DNA of 64,000 bases from a virus. The stretch spans positions 40,242 through 104,241 of IMG/VR virus record IMGVR_UViG_3300027749_000062, one strand, 5' to 3'. Position 1 is the first letter of the stretch. The number at the start of each line of letters is the position of its first letter. The notes below the pieces were generated by a model. The model was given only the letters and a program-made list of their open reading frames with translations. It was not told the origin of the DNA and searched no databases. Shown here in pieces: positions 46,583 through 56,269 of this stretch. Made by a program: the position numbers and the translations under genes.

Positions 46583-47239
46583 GGTTGTTTTATAGAATTC
46601 AATCGCTTTTACTAATCCCTCAATGTGGTCTTCTGTCTTTTCAACAAACACCAATGGTTCAGAACCATCTACGGCCATCAAGGTTACAATCTGGTCGACA
46701 GGTGTACCAATCATTTCTTCTAACATCAATGCATATGCAGTTTCTTGCCAAAAGTAAGACATAATCTTATCTCTTGTTTTGATTCGGCTACTGGTTTTAA
46801 AGTCAATAATGGACAGTTTATTATCCCAATGTGCAATCAAATCAACACGCCCAGCAACACCAAGTTTCTTGGAAAACAATGTACACTCTTGATACCAAAT
46901 ATCAGATACATTCGCATCTATGATTGGTTTAAGACTCTTGAACATTTCCAATGCATCAGGCATGGCTTTCTTTGAATACTCTGAGTTATTGTTTAGATAT
47001 GCTTCACAGAGGCTATGCACATTCGTACCACGGCCAGATGCTTTACGCGAGATTTTATTAGCTTCTTCTTCACCAACACGTTTACGCCACGCAAGTATGT
47101 CAGCTTTACTCATCGCACCTAAAACGGTGGTAATGGAAGGCAATCTTGTACCATCAGCCAACTGATAGTATCTTTTACCATCAGGAAAAGTAGTAGATTG
47201 TAAATCTTGTAAAGATTCAGGTGGGCAGTAGTTAAACAT
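46577..47239 (-). CDS. PD-(D/E)XK exonuclease (Cas4-like, conserved in T4-like phages)
   Basis: PSITTVL, W..RVG.EEA, RGT..H, AGRVD, IIDFKTS, Q..AYA. Confidence 0.9.
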   Translation of the reverse strand: MFNYCPPESLQDLQSTTFPDGKRYYQLADGTRLPSITTVLGAMSKADILAWRKRVGEEEANKISRKASGRGTNVHSLCEAYLNNNSEYSKKAMPDALEMFKSLKPIIDANVSDIWYQECTLFSKKLGVAGRVDLIAHWDNKLSIIDFKTSSRIKTRDKIMSYFWQETAYALMLEEMIGTPVDQIVTLMAVDGSEPLVFVEKTEDHIEGLVKAIEFYKTTL

Positions 47240-48003
47240 TATATTCCTAATTTATCGCAGGCAACAATCCATGATTTAACCAAACTGCTGCGAACAATGT
47301 CTTCTGGTGTAAATCCAATTTCAGTAAACTCATTCATATGTCTTGCAACATTCAAAAACTCTGCAAGGCCTGATATATCATTCCTACTCTTAATTAAGTC
47401 ATTCTGTTTCAAGTCACCAACAAAGATAATCTTAGAACGGTGACCAACACGGGAAATAACCGAGCTCAATTCGTGAAATGTCATCGACTGACATTCATCT
47501 ACAATAATGATAGAGTTGTCAATAGAGATGCCACGAATAGCTGTAGTGGAAATAAATCTAGCGTAACCTTGTTCCTTCAATCTATCCCACGCATCGGAAC
47601 GACCAAAAAGTGTCTCACATATTTCTTTGTAAGGCACTTCATAAATCTCCATCTTTTCATCTAGTGTACCTGGAACAAAACCTTGGTCTCTTACCTGTAC
47701 AGCAGAACGAACAACCACAATATGTGTAAATGGATTGTCTTTGTTTAGAACTTCTTCAATTGCACGATACAATGCTAAAAATGTTTTACCGACACCTGGT
47801 GATCCTAATAGGCCAATAAAGTAATCACCTGTTTTATATGCGTCAAAGAACTTTTGTTGATTTTGTGTTAGTGCTTCAAATGTTTTTAAATGGTCTAATT
47901 TTATTTTTAAAGAGTTTGAAACGGGTAGGTGTCTGTGTATTACCTCATCACCTTCAATCGAATCATCACGTTTTTGTATTGCTGTTTTTCTATTGCTTGC
48001 CAT
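47239..48003 (-). CDS. phoH: PhoH-like ATPase
   Basis: G.PG.GKTFLA, G..PG...EK, RG, IIVDE.Q, I.R.G, GD..Q.D, DIVRS. Confidence 0.95.
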   Translation of the reverse strand: MASNRKTAIQKRDDSIEGDEVIHRHLPVSNSLKIKLDHLKTFEALTQNQQKFFDAYKTGDYFIGLLGSPGVGKTFLALYRAIEEVLNKDNPFTHIVVVRSAVQVRDQGFVPGTLDEKMEIYEVPYKEICETLFGRSDAWDRLKEQGYARFISTTAIRGISIDNSIIIVDECQSMTFHELSSVISRVGHRSKIIFVGDLKQNDLIKSRNDISGLAEFLNVARHMNEFTEIGFTPEDIVRSSLVKSWIVACDKLGI

Positions 48004-48029
48004 GAAACATCCTTGTTGTTGTTGCGGGA

Positions 48030-48185
48030 TTATTTGGAGGTTTTTGTTTTTGCAAATTCCTTCTTTAGTAAAGCAGCTACTTTGGTTTGTGAGACTTTCT
48101 TGGCTGGTGCTTGATGTTTTTGTGGCTGTTTGTAATAGCCAGTACCAAGAAGTGCAGGAATGCGATAAGGACGATTAATTACCAT
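48030..48185 (-). CDS. Small basic protein (51 aa)
   Basis: Hand-read MVINRPYRIPALLGTGYYKQ...KTKTSK; ATG overlaps upstream stop. Confidence 0.45.
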   Translation of the reverse strand: MVINRPYRIPALLGTGYYKQPQKHQAPAKKVSQTKVAALLKKEFAKTKTSK

Positions 48186-48457
48186 TCTCTAGGCAACTTT
48201 GTTTTATGACCTGACATTGTGTTTCCTGGAATGGATTCTTTCATGCGTTGAATGACACCACGCTCAAAGGCCATATGAGCTTGACCGATACCGGGAACAG
48301 ACATACGAGCACCATCTGACATAATTGGAAGATTGTGTGCTGTGTGATAGCGTTCAAGGTGTGGATTGTTTTGAGTAAACGAATCTAATTCCGCAATTCT
48401 CATACGGTGTTCTTCTACTTCGTTTGTATCTTTATTTAAGAAATCATAGCTGGGCAT
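48179..48457 (-). CDS. FmdB-like protein lacking the Zn-ribbon cysteines
   Basis: MP.Y.F N-terminus, NPHL; usual position upstream of phoH. Confidence 0.65.
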   Translation of the reverse strand: MPSYDFLNKDTNEVEEHRMRIAELDSFTQNNPHLERYHTAHNLPIMSDGARMSVPGIGQAHMAFERGVIQRMKESIPGNTMSGHKTKLPREW

Positions 48458-48469
48458 TATACCATCCTA

Positions 48470-48529
48470 GAACATTACGAGAGTTAATCTTACCACGCCA
48501 TGAGGCTAGGTGCGTCTTATTATTTATAT
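48470..48529 (-). repeat. 60-bp direct repeat (copy of 49138-49197), orphan gene 3' end
   Basis: 58/60 identical; 48484-48529 equals 49152-49197 exactly. Confidence 0.95.
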
Positions 48530-48545
48530 TCAAGTCCTGTTAGTC

Positions 48546-49115
48546 TTATGTTAATTTCTCTACATAGCTAAGCCAACCTGTTGTGATATACTTATGTTGT
48601 GTCGGTGATTTGATTCCTCTGTGTGTATGTGTCCAATCGGCCGGCCATATTAATGTCAATCCTTTTTTAGGTTTAGTAATTAATTTTTGATGATAAAATT
48701 CAGTTCCACCTTCATCGGTAACATCATTCAAATATGTCATAAAAGCCAAATGTCTATCAGAATTTGGCATAGTTCTTTCTGAGTGCCAAACAGCATATGA
48801 ACTTCCGGGTTTGTAATGTTGTATGTTTATTGTTTCTATGAGAGAGATGGGATTGTACCAATTACAAACTTGATATTTTTCAATATACTTGTTCAAACAT
48901 TTTTGTAATTCTACTGTATATCTAAAAAAAACTTCGCCGCAAGAATTAAGAGATACCTCAGTAGTATCTTTAACCTCTTTGTTAATTATATTATGTCCAA
49001 AAACTCCAATGTGTTTAATTGGACTAATGTTATATGCTTCTATTATTTCATCACACAAATTCAAATCGTCAATATATGTTTGATGTATAAAAGACTCATA
49101 AGGTATATTTGACAT
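48546..49115 (-). CDS. 2OG-Fe(II) oxygenase
   Basis: IQ.Y.PG..Y..WHSE, R.LAFMTYLNDV..GG.TEF, IWPA.WTH.HRG, KYI.TGW. Confidence 0.93.
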   Translation of the reverse strand: MSNIPYESFIHQTYIDDLNLCDEIIEAYNISPIKHIGVFGHNIINKEVKDTTEVSLNSCGEVFFRYTVELQKCLNKYIEKYQVCNWYNPISLIETINIQHYKPGSSYAVWHSERTMPNSDRHLAFMTYLNDVTDEGGTEFYHQKLITKPKKGLTLIWPADWTHTHRGIKSPTQHKYITTGWLSYVEKLT

Positions 49116-49666
49116 TATATTGTTTGAAACCAATTCGGAACATTACGGGAATTAATCTTACCACGCCATGAGGCTAGGTGCGTCTTATTATTTATATAGT
49201 AATTGTGATATGATGCCATAGAATCACCTGGAATTTTTACTTCATCAGGCATTGCAGGTGTGGGACCTGTAAAATCACCTTTTGGTATATTATTTGGTAT
49301 CATTTTAAGGTCGGGTATCAATCTAGCACAAGCATGGATTTTGCCATAACGATATGTGAATTCTTTAAGGAGTTCGCACCACAAAGTATACAACCACACA
49401 TAGTTTTTATCTGATTGTCGAGACCAGATTGCGGATGGATGATTCTGCATAGTAGGTTTCATAAGACGAGTTTCACGCTCATCAGGCAATCGCCATGCTT
49501 TGATTGACCTATTGTTTGCTGTTAATCTACGATATTCTTCGCCGTCAAGTACACGGTGAGATGTAGATAACAACTGAGCATATTCAATAACCATTTTGCA
49601 AACATGTTTATCAACGTGCATTTCTGCACAAATTTTTGGATCGTTGTCGAGGTAAAAGATATTCAT
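49115..49666 (-). CDS. Pyrimidine-dimer glycosylase/DenV-like protein
   Basis: MNIFYLD, H.DKHV.KM..EYAQLLST, NHPS..W, RYGK.H, PAMPD. Confidence 0.75.
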   Translation of the reverse strand: MNIFYLDNDPKICAEMHVDKHVCKMVIEYAQLLSTSHRVLDGEEYRRLTANNRSIKAWRLPDERETRLMKPTMQNHPSAIWSRQSDKNYVWLYTLWCELLKEFTYRYGKIHACARLIPDLKMIPNNIPKGDFTGPTPAMPDEVKIPGDSMASYHNYYINNKTHLASWRGKINSRNVPNWFQTI

Positions 49667-49938
49667 AATATCATTCTTAATAGTCCGATAGAGTCGATGG
49701 TGACCAATAGGAAATAATTAGCAAGCATACCAAAGGAACGCCGAGTATAAGCGCACCCAGCGTATATAAGACAACCTGTAATCCAGATTGGGTACATGAT
49801 AAGAAGGGGAGGATTAGGCACGGTGAGGGCCATAGTGATAGCACAACCAACAGATAAAGCCCAAGCAAGGATCTCAAAATAAAAACGTACTCTATTGCTT
49901 TCGTAATCATTACTAATCCATTTTAAAATATTACTCAT
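49663..49938 (-). CDS. Small three-helix membrane protein
   Basis: Hydrophobic segments; start at 49938. Confidence 0.65.
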   Translation of the reverse strand: MSNILKWISNDYESNRVRFYFEILAWALSVGCAITMALTVPNPPLLIMYPIWITGCLIYAGCAYTRRSFGMLANYFLLVTIDSIGLLRMIL

Positions 49939-50203
49939 CAAATACTGTAGACCATTTTTTAAGTTTGTGAATTTTGTTTTCTTGTGCTTCAAGCACCTTG
50001 ACAGGATTAATAATTTTCAAATCATAACAAATGTAAACCATAGCCATCAGGTCACCAATTTCTTCTTCTAGGTGTTCACGATTAGTTTTATTTGTGTTTG
50101 GCTTGATGTTATCGAGGCCAAACCTAAAACACTTACTAATCGCTTGTATCACCTCTGCACATTCTTCTTGTGCAATTAACAATACTTCGCGGTTATTATC
50201 CAT
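49931..50203 (-). CDS. MazG-like nucleotide pyrophosphohydrolase
   Basis: EECAEVIQAISK..RFG, LEEEIGDL. Confidence 0.85.
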   Translation of the reverse strand: MDNNREVLLIAQEECAEVIQAISKCFRFGLDNIKPNTNKTNREHLEEEIGDLMAMVYICYDLKIINPVKVLEAQENKIHKLKKWSTVFDE

Positions 50204-50517
50204 TATTCAAGACCAGCAGTAGTATTACCCATAGTTACTTTCGGTGGGCGGCCTGGACCACGGCGTTCTTCTTGCGGTTGCATTCTTTGAATTCGTGTTG
50301 CAATGTCTTCAGGTGTTACTGTCTGCAATGCAAATTGTTGGAACATTGTATAAGAATCTGTAACCTTCATAGAGTTTTTACCACCAACTGCCGCAGCATC
50401 AGGGAAAAACAGATTACAACCACCTTCACGCAGCGGTGCAATTTCTAGAATTGAATCTAGATTGATAATTACTTTGGTGTTTTTTTCAACAGAAAATACT
50501 TCGATAAATGTGCTCAT
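50203..50517 (-). CDS. Hypothetical protein with AT-hook-like motif
   Basis: RRGPGRPPK near C-terminus. Confidence 0.55.
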   Translation of the reverse strand: MSTFIEVFSVEKNTKVIINLDSILEIAPLREGGCNLFFPDAAAVGGKNSMKVTDSYTMFQQFALQTVTPEDIATRIQRMQPQEERRGPGRPPKVTMGNTTAGLE

Positions 50518-50548
50518 AATATTCTTTCAAGTTAGTTGTGGGTTGTAT

Positions 50549-50728
50549 TTATTCGTCTTTGCCCTTAGCATTTACACCCATCTGTTGTCGTTCGGATGTT
50601 GAAGCAATGTATTGAGCTTGAATCATATTTTGTTTAAATGCGTTGCGTTGTTCTTTATTCACAAATGGCAATAGCGCAATCATAGTTTTGTTTCTTTTAG
50701 ATAGTTTAAAAGTGGAAGGGGTTTTCAT
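50549..50728 (-). CDS. Hypothetical protein (59 aa)
   Basis: Hand-read MKTPSTFKLSKRNKTM...; RBS AGGA. Confidence 0.55.
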   Translation of the reverse strand: MKTPSTFKLSKRNKTMIALLPFVNKEQRNAFKQNMIQAQYIASTSERQQMGVNAKGKDE

Positions 50729-50963
50729 ATAATCCTAAAAAGTGGTTAGCAAGATACAGTATAACACAAAGACAAACGATTGTCAAGGTCTTATATCCTA
50801 AGGATACCATTTCATCATGGTAATAATCAACTTCTAATTCCAAGAAATCTCTTTGGCCTAGAAGCATAGGTTGACATTCATCTTCACCACCCATCATTAG
50901 GATAGTTTTTTTGGCTTCACGCAACCTATTCTTCGCCTCAAAATAATTAAATATCGATTTCAT
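50706..50963 (-). CDS. Hypothetical membrane protein
   Basis: C-terminal TM helix. Confidence 0.55.
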   Translation of the reverse strand: MKSIFNYFEAKNRLREAKKTILMMGGEDECQPMLLGQRDFLELEVDYYHDEMVSLGYKTLTIVCLCVILYLANHFLGLYENPFHF

Positions 50964-51234
50964 TAACTAGACCATTACTATGTTTGTTTGTGTGTGCATC
51001 AACATCTTGAAACAGGCGTTTTTCTTGTTGTGTTGGTTCTTTAAATACTTTGCGTGGATTACCACACATTACACAATTTGGATTGCCACAATTCATTGCA
51101 TGTTTCTTGGCAAACTTATGTGGTTCTTTAACCTGAACACCAAATGCTTTGGCAATTTTAGCCTGTTTGTTTACAGCATTCTCATCTTTGAGTAGGCGTT
51201 TGCTGTGTTTGAATTTGTCATCCTTGTGGCTCAT
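50947..51234 (-). CDS. Basic protein with CG.P.C.MCGNPR motif
   Basis: Probable Zn-binding motif. Confidence 0.6.
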   Translation of the reverse strand: MSHKDDKFKHSKRLLKDENAVNKQAKIAKAFGVQVKEPHKFAKKHAMNCGNPNCVMCGNPRKVFKEPTQQEKRLFQDVDAHTNKHSNGLVNEIDI

Positions 51235-51360
51235 TTTTCACCGCCTTTTGATAGTTATATAATTTTATATAGTACGCAAAACGAATTGGTTCATGTATAG
51301 GATTAGGCAGTTTATCACCAAACATTTCAACCAATTCACGACCAATCATGTTATAGTCCA

Positions 51361-52038
51361 TCAATCCCAAAGACCTCTGTAGTAACGGCCAAATAGAAGC
51401 ATAGCATTGTCAATACGATCCGAATGTGCCTTGTAACCTTCAGCATCAAAATGACTGGTATCTTTATCCGTTTTCTTCATTTCAAACATACCATTGTCTA
51501 ATTTAATCCATTCACTGTCATGTACACCGGTATGGTATTGAGCATCCCAATCACAATCAGGATGTTCCTGTTCAAAACCCCAAATGATTTCATCAAGTAC
51601 CCAATCCCAGCGCTTGAAATGGTTTTCATCGGTGTCCCACTCATTTTCTTTAGGTGGTGCTTCAGTGGAACGGAGATTCAAACCTTCAGGTACATCTTCA
51701 TCACGAACATATGGTGCACCGTGTTTTTTATCTCTTAGTTGTTTCAACATTGGCAAAATAATCAAAGCCAATGTTCCATCCATGTTCCAAGTATCCCAAC
51801 TATCAATCTTTACCTTGACAGTTTGTTTTCTTTTTGAATGTACCCAGTGGCAAAACTTAGACAGAAGTGATTCCTCACCTTTGCTGTTTTTACTTAAGCG
51901 TTTACCAAATTCGTGTACCCAATCTGGTTTATCTTTAAAGCCATGTTCATCTTTTACTGGTTTGACCCAAAAGCAAAGCATATCTGCAATTTGATATGGG
52001 CCAATCCAATCGATATAAGGACCAATTTTAATTTTCAT
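51361..52038 (-). CDS. Conserved phage hypothetical protein
   Basis: ID.WDTW.MD.TLA.II.PML, WDWVLDE.I, LFG.YY..LWD. Confidence 0.65.
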   Translation of the reverse strand: MKIKIGPYIDWIGPYQIADMLCFWVKPVKDEHGFKDKPDWVHEFGKRLSKNSKGEESLLSKFCHWVHSKRKQTVKVKIDSWDTWNMDGTLALIILPMLKQLRDKKHGAPYVRDEDVPEGLNLRSTEAPPKENEWDTDENHFKRWDWVLDEIIWGFEQEHPDCDWDAQYHTGVHDSEWIKLDNGMFEMKKTDKDTSHFDAEGYKAHSDRIDNAMLLFGRYYRGLWD

Positions 52039-52053
52039 ATTATTCCCTTTATG

Positions 52054-52551
52054 TTATTTGATAAACCAGTTTTTCTCACAATCACTTTTTGAAAGATTCA
52101 TATATTGCATACAATCAAGAATATAAGATTTAGGAGCTTCATTCAAAATATATTCAATCTCTTTAGTTTTGGCTACAGGTTTTTTAGTTGCAATTTCAAC
52201 TTCTTTTTCGAGTTCATCCAAATCGGGAGCCTTGATTACTTTGGTTTTATAAGCACTTACATCTAAATTGAAAGAATTTTCTACATTTTTGCTTTCATAT
52301 TTGATTTCACTCTGTTCTTCGGCAAATTTAGGATTTTGTATAACAGTTGAAATACAAGTGGAACCAAATATATCTGGTTGATTCTTCTCTTTCTTAAATT
52401 TATCTAATATAGATTTTTTATCTCTTTCAAGAATCCTTGCACAGGATGAAGGTGTTCTATAATAAGATGTATATTCAGATTGCATAAACTGACAATTTCC
52501 GCCAGAAGAAATGAAACACATCCAAAAAACTGGCATGTAAATAAAATACAT
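52054..52551 (-). CDS. Cys-containing putative exported protein
   Basis: Hydrophobic N-terminus; resembles 59164-59385. Confidence 0.5.
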   Translation of the reverse strand: MYFIYMPVFWMCFISSGGNCQFMQSEYTSYYRTPSSCARILERDKKSILDKFKKEKNQPDIFGSTCISTVIQNPKFAEEQSEIKYESKNVENSFNLDVSAYKTKVIKAPDLDELEKEVEIATKKPVAKTKEIEYILNEAPKSYILDCMQYMNLSKSDCEKNWFIK

Positions 52552-52553
52552 TT

Positions 52554-52886
52554 TTATTGGATGTAAGGTTCGCAGTTAACAGACACAGGCACCAAAATCT
52601 TACCTGCTTCTGCGCGGACAGAAACATAAGTCACGCGAGGACGCAATTTAGAAAGAACACATTCACGGGAATGCATCGCTAGTTCGTTAGAATCCATTGC
52701 TTCTGGACCTTTATAGTTCTGCAACTTGTAGGTATCTGTTTCAACAGGCTTAGGCATATTGACAATGACAGTAGGTGCAGCTGCTTCTTTTGCGGGCACA
52801 TTTACTTCCCATGCTGTTTTATGTGCTGTAGAACAACCGGTAACAAGAACAACAGCAGCAACAGCTGCAAACAATTTAACTTTCAT
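52554..52886 (-). CDS. Lipoprotein
   Basis: MKVKLFAAVAAVVLVTG-C lipobox. Confidence 0.75.
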   Translation of the reverse strand: MKVKLFAAVAAVVLVTGCSTAHKTAWEVNVPAKEAAAPTVIVNMPKPVETDTYKLQNYKGPEAMDSNELAMHSRECVLSKLRPRVTYVSVRAEAGKILVPVSVNCEPYIQ

Positions 52887-52900
52887 AATATACTCACTTT

Positions 52901-53119
52901 TCACAAAAAACGACCAGTATGGTCACTAACAAACTTTCGCACCATTGCATCATATGGTTTACCAAGATACATTGCTTCCCAAATCAAACGCAATTCTTCA
53001 TCTGGTTCACTGAAATGGCCATCAGAATCACTTACCGTATAACCTTTACGCTCAATATACTCAATTATATCATCAATTTCAAAATCATCCAATTCAACAT
53101 CAACATTAATATAAGGCAT
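52901..53119 (-). CDS. Hypothetical protein
   Basis: 72 aa acidic ORF, RBS GGAG. Confidence 0.55.
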   Translation of the reverse strand: MPYINVDVELDDFEIDDIIEYIERKGYTVSDSDGHFSEPDEELRLIWEAMYLGKPYDAMVRKFVSDHTGRFL

Positions 53120-53121
53120 GA

Positions 53122-53379
53122 TTATGCTCCGAATGTAATCGACTTAACAGATTCAATACTGAATGCACGCCAGCCTTTAATGTCCAAATCAAACACAGCA
53201 ACCGATGTTTCAGATTTAGAACGCTGTGTAGTTTCAGTTGATTCAGGCAGGTCTTTGACAGGCAACCATTCAGGCATAAGTGTACAACGCATATTGCGGT
53301 CAGTACCATCTTTTTTAACGAAAGCCACTGTCACAACTTGGTCATTTAGCAATTCTTCAAACCATTTACGATTCATCAT
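53122..53379 (-). CDS. WYL_2/Sm-like SH3-fold protein
   Basis: V.F.KKDGT.R.M.CTL, VFD....WR.F. Confidence 0.8.
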   Translation of the reverse strand: MMNRKWFEELLNDQVVTVAFVKKDGTDRNMRCTLMPEWLPVKDLPESTETTQRSKSETSVAVFDLDIKGWRAFSIESVKSITFGA

Positions 53380-53390
53380 ATATCCTCTAT

Positions 53391-53621
53391 TTACAATTTA
53401 CTCTTAATACTATTGATTAGGTCATTTGCCTGGGCAAAATTCCCGTCCTCGGGACCATCATAACACAAAATCTTACGGTTGTCAAGCTCTTCGCTGTACA
53501 TTTTCAAAAGTTCGGTTGCATATTCCTTGTCCGGCATAGGGGCCAACAACCACCACGCAAGTAGTGTCATTTCATCCAAACTCAATAGGTAATGTAGGTT
53601 TTTGCGGTCTCTTTTTTTCAT
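53391..53621 (-). CDS. Hypothetical protein
   Basis: Start at 53621 overlapping upstream stop. Confidence 0.5.
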   Translation of the reverse strand: MKKRDRKNLHYLLSLDEMTLLAWWLLAPMPDKEYATELLKMYSEELDNRKILCYDGPEDGNFAQANDLINSIKSKL

Positions 53622-53854
53622 TTGCGGAATCCATGTTTTCGTAGTAGATAATTGCCAATTAAAAGAAAAAACGTCCATGCAGCGAACCAATAATGGCCTT
53701 TTGTAAGGGAATCTAATGTACCCATTATCAAGATTCCTATTACACACCAAGTAATCTCTACATTGTTTTCTTCATACCATTGCATGAAAGATTTTGAATT
53801 GGTCATATCATCTTCAATTTTATCGGCAATCTGACGTTTTCTCCAACCATTCAT
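53618..53854 (-). CDS. Small membrane protein
   Basis: Two TM segments. Confidence 0.5.
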   Translation of the reverse strand: MNGWRKRQIADKIEDDMTNSKSFMQWYEENNVEITWCVIGILIMGTLDSLTKGHYWFAAWTFFLLIGNYLLRKHGFRK

Positions 53855-54204
53855 ACAGTCTCCAATTCTTCTGTTACAATATGCGTTACGATAGGTTCCT
53901 CACGGACAACAGGTGTCACAGTAGTAGGTCGACCAATATATCGTCCTTCTGCATTAAACTCATTACAATTCTTTAATTGATATGCGGTGACATTGCGACC
54001 TGTCTTGAATACTTTAATCACGCCACCATCACGACGGATATTGTATATATTAGTCGGCAACCGATACAGGACTGCTTCTTGGTCTGTGCCTTTGAAGCAC
54101 GCCTTAATATCATCTGGTGATACAGGCAGACCTGACAATAGAACAACGGTAATTTTTTCGTGGCGATTTTGTTTGCCAGTGCGTACTTTAAGTTTTGTAG
54201 CCAT
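53851..54204 (-). CDS. Hypothetical protein, possible winged helix
   Basis: Basic; helix-helix-hairpin pattern. Confidence 0.5.
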   Translation of the reverse strand: MATKLKVRTGKQNRHEKITVVLLSGLPVSPDDIKACFKGTDQEAVLYRLPTNIYNIRRDGGVIKVFKTGRNVTAYQLKNCNEFNAEGRYIGRPTTVTPVVREEPIVTHIVTEELETV

Positions 54205-54219
54205 AATATATTCTTTCAA

Positions 54220-55389
54220 TTAAAAGGGAATTTCTTCATCAGATGCCGGTGCAATTGGTTTTGCAGGCGCCGATACTGGTTCAGGTTCAGGTGCATGGAC
54301 TTTTGCATCGACTTTGCTATACAGGTCAAGGAATGCAGTCTTAGTTTCTTCATCGAAACGATTAACACACAAGGTGATAGCCTTCATACGGTCATTGAAA
54401 ATCGTATATGCTCGTGCAATGTGAACCAAACGGCGAGTAGAAATGATTTCATCAGTACCGCCTTCTTTGAATGTCTTACGAACTGTATCAGCCCATGACA
54501 CCAAGCAGGTAACAAAATCTTCTTCAGCAATCAAAGGCTTCAGAATCTTTGTCTCAGTCTTAACATCAGGATAATCCTGTTCGACTGTAATAGGGAAGCG
54601 TTCAAGGAATGCATCATCAAGAATTTGTGACAGATACTTACCTTCATCTGAACCACGACCTTTGGTGTTCGCAGTAGCAATGATGTTGAAACCGGTTTTA
54701 GGATGTACCAACTCACCAGATTTTTTGTTGTAGTAAGGTTTGCCTTCAAGAATACCTTGCAAGCACATTAGTTTGTTTGAACCACGGTCAACTTCATCGA
54801 TTAGAAGGACTGCACCACGTTTCATAGCAATAATGACAGGACCATCACGGTTGACGACATTGCCGTTGACAAGAGTAGGACCACCCAACAGGTCTGATTC
54901 ATCAGTTTCAATAGAAATGTTAACACGGATGCACTCACGCTGGAGCTCAGCGCATACTTGTTCAACCATAAGTGTTTTGCCGTTGCCAGAATGACCAGTA
55001 ACAAACACGGGATAAAACATAGAAGACTTAACAATATTGCGAAGGTCTTTAAAGAAACCAAAAGGGACATAATCAGGATACTTTACAGGAATAGAGGTGT
55101 CAGATTCATCAACCAGTTTAGGTTGGCGAAATGAAAGGACTTGACCAACTGCCATATCAACAGTTTCAAGCTCAGGTTCTTTTGCTTTCATAGATACAAG
55201 ACCTGGAATAAAGGGAACAATATACTGACCACGACCTGCACGGTGTTCAGCTTTAGTAACTAACCAAAAGGGATAGGTGCAACCAGATTCTTCTACAACA
55301 TCAGAAATTTGGTCACGGGAAATAATTGCACCAACACCATACTTTTGTGTAGCTGCTGCAATAAACTCTTTTTGATTCTTATTCATCAT
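54220..55389 (-). CDS. CobS/MoxR-like AAA+ ATPase
   Basis: TG.SGNGKT, RVNI..ETDE.DL.GG, LLIDEVD, TANTKG.G, AFLERF, ISTRRL. Confidence 0.92.
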   Translation of the reverse strand: MMNKNQKEFIAAATQKYGVGAIISRDQISDVVEESGCTYPFWLVTKAEHRAGRGQYIVPFIPGLVSMKAKEPELETVDMAVGQVLSFRQPKLVDESDTSIPVKYPDYVPFGFFKDLRNIVKSSMFYPVFVTGHSGNGKTLMVEQVCAELQRECIRVNISIETDESDLLGGPTLVNGNVVNRDGPVIIAMKRGAVLLIDEVDRGSNKLMCLQGILEGKPYYNKKSGELVHPKTGFNIIATANTKGRGSDEGKYLSQILDDAFLERFPITVEQDYPDVKTETKILKPLIAEEDFVTCLVSWADTVRKTFKEGGTDEIISTRRLVHIARAYTIFNDRMKAITLCVNRFDEETKTAFLDLYSKVDAKVHAPEPEPVSAPAKPIAPASDEEIPF

Positions 55390-55528
55390 TTTCTCCATCT
55401 ACTGTCAGACCCAATGTAGCCTGCACTTGTTTAATATCAACTTCCAACATCAATGCAATTTCATCAGTATCATAACCATTATTAGCCATGTCTTGAATCT
55501 CTGCATAAACATCTTTCATCCTTGCCAT
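55379..55528 (-). CDS. Small acidic protein (49 aa)
   Basis: Hand-read MARMKDVYAEIQDM...; RBS GGAG after promoter. Confidence 0.5.
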   Translation of the reverse strand: MARMKDVYAEIQDMANNGYDTDEIALMLEVDIKQVQATLGLTVDGENDE

Positions 55529-55550
55529 ACAATCTCCAGTTAAAAATTAC

Positions 55551-55579
55551 ATTATACACCACTTTGTGGTATTTGTCAA
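55551..55579 (-). promoter_or_regulatory. Sigma70 early promoter
   Basis: TTGACA-N17-TATAAT. Confidence 0.9.
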
Positions 55580-55593
55580 GCACTTTTTTGGTT

Positions 55594-56139
55594 TCAGCCC
55601 TTGACAATATCGAAACTCAGTATAGGATGGCGGTGTCCCTGATTGAACATAGGTGCTCTAGTGGTTTCTTTCCATGTCCAGATTTCCTTAAAACCTTCCT
55701 TCAATGTAGGAGGTTCATATCCTTGGATCATATTATCAATTACATCCACAGGAATAACTTTACCAACCCGTAGTTTAAGTCTTTCATTTAGTTCCAATCG
55801 GTCAGGTGTAGGAAATACCACAGCGATAGCATAGTAATCGGGCAACATAGCAAACTTTTTACTCCGACTTTTTACAGTAGTGGAGGTTTGATCCCAAATA
55901 ATATCTTGGTTGTTTTCGCGAGCATAGATAACTTCACAAGTCATCAACTCTACGGCCGCTGGCATGAAAGTGGAGAAAACATCAGTATAATCTCGACCTA
56001 GTTCTTCAGCCCACCTATCAATGTGTTTGTCTGTAGAAATATAACTACAGGGATTAGGAGAATTAGACCATTTTTGTTGTTTAGCCCAAGTGGATTTACC
56101 TGAACCTGGAACACCAACTAACATATACAAATAATTCAT
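55594..56139 (-). CDS. P-loop kinase (AAA_33, polynucleotide kinase-like)
   Basis: LVG.PGSGKSTW, ISTD, IIWDQT, R. Confidence 0.85.
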   Translation of the reverse strand: MNYLYMLVGVPGSGKSTWAKQQKWSNSPNPCSYISTDKHIDRWAEELGRDYTDVFSTFMPAAVELMTCEVIYARENNQDIIWDQTSTTVKSRSKKFAMLPDYYAIAVVFPTPDRLELNERLKLRVGKVIPVDVIDNMIQGYEPPTLKEGFKEIWTWKETTRAPMFNQGHRHPILSFDIVKG

Positions 56140-56269
56140 AATTACCTCGGACAACTTGTTCTAACTAACTTAAATGTTGCATCATTGTTTAACCGTATCA
56201 GACCACAATGAGCACAATAAACGAAACCCACAATTTTGCGAGTGAAGCTGTGGGTGTATTGCTTCTCAC

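Noticed and set aside
46577-47239. CRISPR-associated Cas4
   Set aside because: No array or other cas genes; no four-Cys Fe-S cluster motif; standard phage exonuclease beside phoH
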